Assembly (NCBI GenBank): GCA_049599895.1
Contig: JBMYPC010000113.1
Location: 1-10,145, forward strand
Reading direction: 5' to 3'
DNA length: 10,145 bases
Source: Bacteriovoracaceae bacterium
GTDB taxonomy: Bacteria; Bdellovibrionota; Bacteriovoracia; Bacteriovoracales; Bacteriovoracaceae
Below the pieces are notes generated by a model. It did not search any database. It was not told the origin of the DNA and saw only the letters and a list, made by a program, of their open reading frames with translations. Below, one piece after another: positions 1-6,715 of this stretch. Position 1 is the stretch's first letter; each line of letters begins with the position of its first letter. The position numbers and the translations under genes are program-made.

Positions 1-831
1 TTCCTCGGCGACTTCATGAGCATGGTTGGCGGCAATTTCTCTTAATGTTTTAAGATCGTAGACCGGTTTTCCAAATGAACGAGAACTCATCACTTCTTTT
101 TTCTTTTGCTGAGTCTCTCCAATTGGAAAGCATGAAACTCCTCTGAGCTCATCTTGAATTTGAAGGCCAACTTTTGTTAACGTTTTTTTGATCAGAGCTT
201 GATTTTCAAAATCTCGAAAATCAAGTGCTGTTTTGATTCCCATAAAAATTAAGCGAGCTTCTCGTCCTTTTGAAACTCCCCAAAGCTTGTTAATAGGCAT
301 TTGTTTGAGGGCTTCTTTTTGATCCTCTTGAGTGAGAAGTGAAACGACTCCATTGAAAGACAGATCTTTTTTAGCGATAAAACAAGCGGCTTTTGTAAGG
401 CCTTTTGTTGGAGCAACACCAATAGAGACGGGGACTTTAGTAAACTGTTCAACCGTTTTTTTTATTTCTAAAGAGAATTGATGAGGGTTTGAAACTCCTG
501 TGAGATCAATAAAGGCTTCGTCAATGGAATAGACTTCGACGTTCGAAGAAAATGTTTTAAGGATATTAATGATTCTTTTTGAAACCTCCGTGTATAAAGA
601 AAAGTTAGAGGAAAAAATGGCGACTTTGTGCTTTTGGCAAAAGCTTTTGACTTTAAAGTAAGGAACACCCATTTGGATCCCAAGAGATTTCGCTTCTCGG
701 TTTCTTGAGATCACACATCCATCGTTATTTGAAAGGACAATAACAGGCTTCTTTTTTAGATCAGGTCTAAAGATTTTCTCACAGCTACAAAAAAATGAAT
801 CGCAATCGACAAGGGCCATGACATTTTTCAT
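1..831 (-). CDS. umuC: Y-family translesion DNA polymerase V catalytic subunit UmuC (3' end outside the window)
   Basis: Hand translation from ATG at 831-829 gives 277 open codons to the window edge: MKNVMALVDCDSFFCSCEKIFRPDLKKKPVIVLSNNDGCVISRNREAKSLGIQMGVP...VEVYSIDEAFIDL...VSIGVAPTKGL...LWGVSKG...SSRSFGKPV. It contains the UmuC hallmarks D-C-x-S-F, SNNDGC, YSIDE and SRSF. The start overlaps the umuD stop (TAATG). Not in the ORF track because there is no stop in the window. Confidence 0.96.
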   Translation of the reverse strand, partial: MKNVMALVDCDSFFCSCEKIFRPDLKKKPVIVLSNNDGCVISRNREAKSLGIQMGVPYFKVKSFCQKHKVAIFSSNFSLYTEVSKRIINILKTFSSNVEVYSIDEAFIDLTGVSNPHQFSLEIKKTVEQFTKVPVSIGVAPTKGLTKAACFIAKKDLSFNGVVSLLTQEDQKEALKQMPINKLWGVSKGREARLIFMGIKTALDFRDFENQALIKKTLTKVGLQIQDELRGVSCFPIGETQQKKKEVMSSRSFGKPVYDLKTLREIAANHAHEVAEE

Positions 832-1229
832 TAAAGCCTTCGAATAATTCCGCTGACTGTTCCAAAAATACTAAAATCACAATCAGAGCTAAGAATGATA
901 GGGGAGAACTTTTGATTATCTGATTGAAGCATTATTTGATGATTTTTTTGGATGAACCGTTTGCAAATTCTTTTTCCAAGATATTCAGCGACGACAATGT
1001 CGTTTGTAAGAGGAGTTCGAGAACAGTCTACTATCAAAAGATCATTTGAAGAAATTGTAGGAGACATGGATTCGCCTTTGGCCTTCATGAAAAAAGTTGA
1101 ACTTGGGTTTTTTACTAAAAGCTGATGAAGATCGAGCTCTTTTTCATCATAGTCTTCAGCTATTCCAAAGAGGCCACAGAGGACCTCGCCAAGGTAGAGT
1201 TCCGATTTTATAAAAGGAGAAGGCTTCAT
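831..1229 (-). CDS. umuD: DNA polymerase V accessory subunit UmuD (S24 autopeptidase)
   Basis: Cys-Gly cleavage site (VLCG, followed by AEDY...LDL), catalytic Ser in GESM and Lys in ICKR, no N-terminal HTH, directly upstream of umuC. The ATG at 1229 (MKPSPF) is preferred over the track's TTG at 1256, which falls inside the predicted promoter. Confidence 0.93.
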   Translation of the reverse strand: MKPSPFIKSELYLGEVLCGLFGIAEDYDEKELDLHQLLVKNPSSTFFMKAKGESMSPTISSNDLLIVDCSRTPLTNDIVVAEYLGKRICKRFIQKNHQIMLQSDNQKFSPIILSSDCDFSIFGTVSGIIRRL

Positions 1230-1237
1230 AGAAATAT

Positions 1238-1266
1238 ATGATACACTTACGCACAACTTACGTAAA
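1238..1266 (-). promoter_or_regulatory. Putative sigma70 promoter of umuDC
   Basis: Minus strand reads TTTACG (1266-1261), 17-nt spacer, TATCAT (1243-1238), 8 nt, then ATG (1229). Confidence 0.55.
1245..1265. repeat. Direct repeat ACTTACG x2 (11-bp period) plus TTACGTAA palindrome; candidate operator
   Basis: ACTTACG at 1245-1251 and 1256-1262; TTACGTAA at 1258-1265; overlaps the predicted -35 and spacer of umuD. Confidence 0.45.
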
Positions 1267-1348
1267 TGCCTGGTGCGAAATAATGTATCTACTTGAAAAC
1301 CTGAAGCCTCAAGACCCTCAATAGGCTAAATTAAATTCCAAGTCTTTC

Positions 1349-1362
1349 GAGCTTTAAAGCTC
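1349..1362. promoter_or_regulatory. Perfect 14-bp palindrome, candidate transcription-factor site
   Basis: GAGCTTTAAAGCTC is its own reverse complement and lies just upstream of a TAGAAT -10-like hexamer (1369-1374) preceding the beta-barrel gene. Confidence 0.4.
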
Positions 1363-1384
1363 TAGGGGTAGAATAAAAGGAGGG

Positions 1385-2242
1385 ATGGGCAAAAGGTTAG
1401 AATTGATTCGCTTAATACTCATTATTAGTTTTTTAAGTTTGTTTCCAGTGAGTCTGCTGGCGCAAAGTTCAACAAGCTCTCAATCAGCAGTGATTGGCAA
1501 CTTGAGATTTAATTATGAAAGTGTTGATTGGGAATACCGAGAGTTTACTGGCTCGGGTGATGAGCTTATGAAAGACTATGGGAAACTCACAGGGTTTTCT
1601 TCAGAGCTTCAGGGGCAAGTTGGTTTTCTTCAATTAACTTCATCATATAGGTATCTTTCAGGTAGTACTCGGTATGAAGGGGGTCTTCAGGACTCCAATG
1701 GAAACTATGCGGGAGATTATGATACTGATTCAAAAAATAAAATTGTAAATTACGAATTAGGAATCCACCGTGTTTACGACATAGGGGCGGGACAAGTTTG
1801 GACCATGGGAATAGGCTATTATATTCGAAAGCTTGATAACCCTGAACTTCCCTCAGATCCCTATGACTATTCTCGATACGCGACCTATAAAACCATTCCC
1901 TTCACCTTAAAGTATGTGAATAAGAGCTTTGATTTTTTTCGCTTTGAGGCCATCGCAAAACTTCATACATTCTTTAAAGGAGAAACTGACACTCGCTCGT
2001 CTGAAGTCAACCCAGAGTCAACAGATGTTGTCTTTCAACAACCCAATGGTAGAGGTTTAGAGCTTAAGTTGAACTCATTTTTTAATACAGGCTATGGGAG
2101 ACTTATGTTTGGTGCTTACGGAACTTTTTGGTCTGTAGAAGATAGTGATTATGAGCCTGTTCCTGGTAGTGATTCACTTATTCGTTATGAACCAGAAAAT
2201 AAAACATCAGTGATAGGATTTAATGTCGGTCTTGCTTACTGA
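1385..2242 (+). CDS. Exported outer-membrane beta-barrel protein, function unknown
   Basis: Signal peptide (basic N-terminus, hydrophobic core, LLA/Q at about residue 26); Tyr/Gly/Phe-rich alternating strands; no Cys; C-terminal strand ending in an aromatic residue (VIGFNVGLAY), typical of BAM substrates. Confidence 0.8.
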   Translation: MGKRLELIRLILIISFLSLFPVSLLAQSSTSSQSAVIGNLRFNYESVDWEYREFTGSGDELMKDYGKLTGFSSELQGQVGFLQLTSSYRYLSGSTRYEGGLQDSNGNYAGDYDTDSKNKIVNYELGIHRVYDIGAGQVWTMGIGYYIRKLDNPELPSDPYDYSRYATYKTIPFTLKYVNKSFDFFRFEAIAKLHTFFKGETDTRSSEVNPESTDVVFQQPNGRGLELKLNSFFNTGYGRLMFGAYGTFWSVEDSDYEPVPGSDSLIRYEPENKTSVIGFNVGLAY

Positions 2243-3138
2243 AAAAAATAATTTTCAATTTCTTTGAAGTTCTCAAAAACATTATTCTTTTTTTGTTCAA
2301 TATACTCGGACTGCAAAAGAGCATACTTTGGTCCAAGAAGTTGAAGCTCATCAGAGAGCTTGTCTCCAATCATAAAGCTTAAATGAGGGTCAATATTCCA
2401 TTTTCTTATGGCCTTAATAAGCATACCCGGTTCAGGTTTTCTTTGTGAACTCATCTTTGCATAATCTTTTACTTTTCCATCGGGGTGATAAGGACAGTAA
2501 AAAGCATCAAGAAATTGAATTTGATAGCGATCTTGAAATTCCTTGAGCATTGCTTGGTGAAAATTTTCAAGTTCTTTCAAAGTAAATTTTCCTTTTGCCA
2601 CACCAGATTGATTACTAAGAATAATAAGCTCAAGGCCATTAGCTGTTGCTTTTTTTAAAAGGGGAACGACCTCTTCTTTGAGATGAAGATCCGAGACCTT
2701 ATGAGGGTAGTGAGTGTCATGAATGAGAATTCCATCTCGGTCGAGGAATAAGGCCCTTTTATTAAGATCATTCAAATTTTCCTCTGGGATCGTTTGAAAG
2801 AGGGCAAAATCTTGAAATCTTTGTTGATCATTAACTAAAAGAAAATGAGAACTCTGAAGCATTTGATCTTTTTTTACACAATAATAAGTGAATCTAAAGT
2901 TCGAAGAAGAGAGTTCCTCAAGCTTCTCGATTTGAGCTTTCTGAAGAAAAAAAGGCTCTTCGAGATTAAAAAAGAGCGTGGGAGCATCTTTTCGTTTTTG
3001 TTGATCAGGGTCACTTCGCTTTGCTGGAAGAGAGATCGAACATATCTTTTTTAGGTGTGAGAGGTATTTTTCAGAAGTCTGCTCAGGTGATCCAATAAAA
3101 GATTCGGAGAAAAAAGGTTGTATTGTCAGTGATTTCAT
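2236..3138 (-). CDS. gmhB: D,D-heptose 1,7-bisphosphate phosphatase-like HAD-IIIA hydrolase with N-terminal extension
   Basis: FLDRDG (D133/D135), SNQSGVAKG, YCPYHP...RKPEPGM and IGDKLSD match GmhB/HisB-N motifs. The 3' end overlaps the convergent beta-barrel gene by 7 nt. Confidence 0.82.
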   Translation of the reverse strand: MKSLTIQPFFSESFIGSPEQTSEKYLSHLKKICSISLPAKRSDPDQQKRKDAPTLFFNLEEPFFLQKAQIEKLEELSSSNFRFTYYCVKKDQMLQSSHFLLVNDQQRFQDFALFQTIPEENLNDLNKRALFLDRDGILIHDTHYPHKVSDLHLKEEVVPLLKKATANGLELIILSNQSGVAKGKFTLKELENFHQAMLKEFQDRYQIQFLDAFYCPYHPDGKVKDYAKMSSQRKPEPGMLIKAIRKWNIDPHLSFMIGDKLSDELQLLGPKYALLQSEYIEQKKNNVFENFKEIENYFFQ

Positions 3139-3179
3139 CTTCTTAGAGTTTAGAATAGCTTACATCAAATGAGAAATGT

Positions 3180-3208
3180 GTGACACGGCATTTCCTGGCT
3201 GCTATAAG
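3180..3208 (+). promoter_or_regulatory. Putative sigma70 promoter for the ABC exporter genes
   Basis: GTGACA (3180-3185), 17-nt spacer ending in TGC (extended -10 TGn), TATAAG (3203-3208); 28 nt upstream of ATG 3237. Confidence 0.45.
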
Positions 3209-3236
3209 GGTTTCTAATTCAAAACAAAATTGGGCA

Positions 3237-4931
3237 ATGAGTAATAAATCGATCCTCAGTGGGAGTCTTTCCTATTTCATTTACAAGGCCTTTACGGGAT
3301 ATTTCTTCTTTTATCTCTTGGCCTTAGTTTGTCTTTTTATGACCCATCTTATTCAAAGTGAGCTACCATTTCTTGCTAAAGATATTGCAGGGCTCGTGGA
3401 AGGGAAGGTTCTTGAAACGAGTACAGGGTTCTACGTTCTTCTTGCTGTCGGAATCATTATTTTTAGAACCGGCTCAAGATTCCTCTTTTTTTACCCAGCA
3501 AGAGTTCTTCAAAGAGATGTACGAGTTGAACTTATCGAGAAACTCGAAAAGGCACCTCCTTTTCGTTATGAAAAGCTTTATCCATCAGGTGAAATCCTAC
3601 AGATCACATCTAATGACCTTGATAATCTCAGAGGGCTCATCGGTTTTGGATTATTGCAAATTGGAAATATTATTATTGCTCTGTCAATTTTGATCCCCCG
3701 ATTAGCTGGGTTTAATCCAAGGCTGCTTATTGCTTTGATTCCTTTGTTCTCAGCATTTGTTTTCTTCACCGTTTTAGTGGCAAGAAATAGAAAGTTTTAT
3801 CAAAAGACCCAGGAGTATCAAGGACAGATTCAGCAATATCTTGTTGAGAGTTATGATGGAAAGACCACTATCCAAAACTATGAGGTCGAAAAGCTCTTTA
3901 TTAACTTATTTAATAAATACTCTTATCGAGAACTTTTGAATTTCTACAAAGCAGGAAAGAATATTGCCTTTTCGATTCCCTTAGTTCCATTTGGTGTCGG
4001 AGTTTCCCTTTTGTGGGGCGCCCATATTATCTTTAGCGAGTCTTTGGGAGCAGAGGCTTTAATTTTATTTTCAGGCTTTATCTTTCTTTTTTTAGAGCCT
4101 CTGATGTTTCTCTCATGGATTGGTGTTGTCTTTACAAGGGCCATTGTTTCTTGGAAACGAATTAAAAAGTTAGTTTTGGACCTCGATGATGAAAGTGAAA
4201 AAGAAAAAGAATTAAAGACCCTTGAAAATCATGATTTGAGAAATGCCTATGAAGTTATGCTTTGGGGGAAATCTCTAAGAGTCGCAGGTGATTCAAAAAT
4301 TCTTGGTATTGTGGGTCCAACGGGAGTCGGAAAGAGTGAGGTAATGAAGCAAATTGCCTATCTTAATAAGTTTGAGGGCGTGAGTTCATCGTATGTTGCT
4401 CAAGAGCCTTATTTATTTAACGACACCTTAGAGAGAAATCTTCTTCTAGGCGAGTCATTAAAGTCGACGAAGGATCGTGAAGGTGAGTTTTATCAAAGAA
4501 AACTTGATCTTGCTTTAAAACTTCTTAAAGTTTTTGATCTTGAGGTTTTAACTGGTGATCCTCAAACTTTACTTTCTCTAGAGGTGGGAGAGAATGGAAA
4601 ACTTCTCTCTGGTGGGCAGGCCAAAAGAGTTTGTCTTATTCGAAGCCTTTTAAGTGAATCCGAAGTCATTCTTTGGGACGATCCTTTTTCATCGGTGGAC
4701 CTTGTGATGGAACGAAAGATTATGGAGGAGATCAAAGAAATTGGTCTTCTTAAAGAAAGGAGAGTCATATTAACGACTCACCGGTTATCAACGCTTAAGT
4801 TCTGCGATGATTATATTTACTTAAGTCAAAAAATTGAAGAAATTGAAAAAGATAAAACAAAAATTAGTTTAACAAACGAGAACTCAAGATTATATGAGCA
4901 TTTCAAAGCACAGATTGTGGATAATATTTAA
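3237..4931 (+). CDS. Heterodimeric ABC exporter subunit A (TMD-NBD, MdlA-like, non-catalytic Walker B)
   Basis: Multiple TM helices, then Walker A GPTGVGKS, Q-loop YVAQEP, signature LSGGQ, Walker B VILWDD (Asp in place of the catalytic Glu), H-switch THR. ATG 3237 is preferred to the track's GTG 3180. Confidence 0.9.
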   Translation: MSNKSILSGSLSYFIYKAFTGYFFFYLLALVCLFMTHLIQSELPFLAKDIAGLVEGKVLETSTGFYVLLAVGIIIFRTGSRFLFFYPARVLQRDVRVELIEKLEKAPPFRYEKLYPSGEILQITSNDLDNLRGLIGFGLLQIGNIIIALSILIPRLAGFNPRLLIALIPLFSAFVFFTVLVARNRKFYQKTQEYQGQIQQYLVESYDGKTTIQNYEVEKLFINLFNKYSYRELLNFYKAGKNIAFSIPLVPFGVGVSLLWGAHIIFSESLGAEALILFSGFIFLFLEPLMFLSWIGVVFTRAIVSWKRIKKLVLDLDDESEKEKELKTLENHDLRNAYEVMLWGKSLRVAGDSKILGIVGPTGVGKSEVMKQIAYLNKFEGVSSSYVAQEPYLFNDTLERNLLLGESLKSTKDREGEFYQRKLDLALKLLKVFDLEVLTGDPQTLLSLEVGENGKLLSGGQAKRVCLIRSLLSESEVILWDDPFSSVDLVMERKIMEEIKEIGLLKERRVILTTHRLSTLKFCDDYIYLSQKIEEIEKDKTKISLTNENSRLYEHFKAQIVDNI

Positions 4932-6651
4932 ATTCAAAGAAGCTTCTTGGCTTTTACCTGCGATAGGTGTTTGTCTGATTTTATCAGCAACTCTTGGTGG
5001 TATTGTTCCATTTCAGATAAAGAAACTTGGAGATGTTTATGGAGAAGAAGCTAAATTCTATGAACAAATAAAGGTTCTCTTTTTCGTTTTCTTTGCTGTG
5101 TATGCCAATCGAGCTCTTTATCAACTTTGTATTAATAAGTTCATCAAACTTCTTATGCATAATGCTCGAAATCTCTGTTACGGCTATTGGGTCCGTTTTA
5201 AGAATAATGAATCCAAACAAGATCGGTTTCCTATGGGGGAAGTGATTGCTCGGATCATGAGTGACACAGAGGCGATCAGGGAGCTAATTACCTCTGGAAC
5301 CTTTGGTGTTCTTATTGATGTGAGTTTTGTGGTTTCTTCACTTATCAGTTTCATTAGTATTAATACGAAAACCGGAAGTATCCTTGCCATTGCTGAGTTT
5401 GCTGCAGCGGTAGGGTTAATTTTTGGTAGTAAGTACATGCGTTCAATATTCTTAAAGGTTCGAGAATCTCGGGGCTATGTCTATAGATCAATTTCTAATG
5501 CTTCAGGGGGCTTTCGTGAAATGTATTACAACCCCAATGAAAATTATGCCAGTGTTTCAACAAAGAGACGCTTTGATGATTTCTTAAAGAAACAGTTGGT
5601 CGCAAATTTTTGGGATGCGAGTTATTATTCATTTGCAGAATCTCTTTATCCACTCTTTCTTCTTTTAGTTATTTTTCTGATTCCTTATAGCGCTATTACG
5701 GAAACAGCTGTCATTTTTGCAATCCTTGATCTTATTCAAAGGTCCATTAATCCAGTAAAAGACATATCGGGAAAGGTGGCGAACTTACAAAGAGCGGCTA
5801 CAGGATTTATTCGAATTAGTGAATTCCTTGAAAAGAGTGGTGCCAAAGAAAATGGTCATCAGTTTAAAGTAGATGTGAGCGAAGTTGAGAAGTTTGAAAT
5901 TACTGTTAATAAGTTTGAATATGAAAACTCGAAATCAAGAGAGTCTTTTGCATTAAAAGAAATTAACTTTACCGTAAAAAAGGGTGAAGTTCTAGGGATT
6001 GCAGGGTTTTCGGGAAGTGGAAAATCAACTCTACTCAAAATCTTAGTTGGACGTCTCCCTCTCGAAGATGGCCTTCTTTCTTTCCAAGGTCAAAATGGAA
6101 CGGAAGTTTTCAATACACAGAAAACTGAAAACTCATTAGATAACGCAAGTCTTTTAAAGAAATATGTTGGGCTGGTTTCTCAAGACTCCCATGTTTTTGG
6201 GGAGAGCCTTCTTTTTAATTTAACCTTTTCCAATGAAGCCACGAAAGACTTTGAAGATTTTTGGGAGTTTGCTTGCTCAAAGATTCCCTACCTTCAAAAG
6301 TGGAAGGGAAAGTTAGAAGAAAGAATTGAGCGAAGTGAATTATCAGCAGGTCAAAGACAATTAATCAGTGGGCTTCGCTGCTGTTATCTTAAAAAGCCGG
6401 TGATTCTTCTTGATGAAATCTCGGCTTCTCTTGACTCAGAACTTGAAGTCGCTTTGAGAGAACTTATTAAACTCATTCAAACTCATTCCATTACCTTAAT
6501 AGTCGCCCATCGGATTGAGACAATTCTTGAGTCGGATAGGATCTTTCTTTTAGAGCAGGGGAGGATTGTTGCAGATGGCCACCATCAAGATCTTGTCAGC
6601 AACAGTTCAAGGTATCGTCAATTTTTAAGTAGGTTAAGTCTTGATCAATAA
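4894..6651 (+). CDS. Heterodimeric ABC exporter subunit B (TMD-NBD, MdlB-like)
   Basis: TM helices, Walker A GFSGSGKS, Q-loop VSQD, degenerate signature LSAGQ, consensus Walker B ILLDE, H-switch AHR. Overlaps the upstream gene; the start could be ATG 4894 or TTG 4915. Confidence 0.9.
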   Translation: MSISKHRLWIIFKFKEASWLLPAIGVCLILSATLGGIVPFQIKKLGDVYGEEAKFYEQIKVLFFVFFAVYANRALYQLCINKFIKLLMHNARNLCYGYWVRFKNNESKQDRFPMGEVIARIMSDTEAIRELITSGTFGVLIDVSFVVSSLISFISINTKTGSILAIAEFAAAVGLIFGSKYMRSIFLKVRESRGYVYRSISNASGGFREMYYNPNENYASVSTKRRFDDFLKKQLVANFWDASYYSFAESLYPLFLLLVIFLIPYSAITETAVIFAILDLIQRSINPVKDISGKVANLQRAATGFIRISEFLEKSGAKENGHQFKVDVSEVEKFEITVNKFEYENSKSRESFALKEINFTVKKGEVLGIAGFSGSGKSTLLKILVGRLPLEDGLLSFQGQNGTEVFNTQKTENSLDNASLLKKYVGLVSQDSHVFGESLLFNLTFSNEATKDFEDFWEFACSKIPYLQKWKGKLEERIERSELSAGQRQLISGLRCCYLKKPVILLDEISASLDSELEVALRELIKLIQTHSITLIVAHRIETILESDRIFLLEQGRIVADGHHQDLVSNSSRYRQFLSRLSLDQ

Positions 6652-6675
6652 ACAAGCATGACAGGAACCCGAAAT

Positions 6676-6713
6676 GAAGCTAACCTAGAAGGAGTATTTT
6701 TAGGAGGCTTTTT
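6676..6713 (+). promoter_or_regulatory. RNA hairpin covering the dsbA Shine-Dalgarno (possible translational control element or weak terminator)
   Basis: GAAGCT-AA-CCTAGAA [loop GGAGTAT] TTTTAGG-A-GGCTTT; the 3' arm contains AGGAGG (6702-6707), 8 nt before ATG 6716. Confidence 0.5.
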
Positions 6714-6715
6714 AA

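Noticed and set aside
249..683. Track ORFs 249..452 and 468..683 (-) as separate genes or as pieces of a frameshifted umuC
   Set aside because: They are alternate-frame ORFs inside umuC, which is uninterrupted from 831 to 1 by hand translation.
831..1256. LexA or phage CI repressor call for the S24 peptidase
   Set aside because: No N-terminal DNA-binding domain, and it is translationally coupled to umuC, so it is UmuD.
1..1270. umuDC as a marker of an ICE, plasmid or prophage
   Set aside because: No integrase, att site, transposase or phage gene in the window; neighbours look chromosomal. The left flank is not visible.
3180..3236. GTG 3180 as start of ABC subunit A
   Set aside because: It coincides with the predicted -35 element and has no SD; ATG 3237 fits better.
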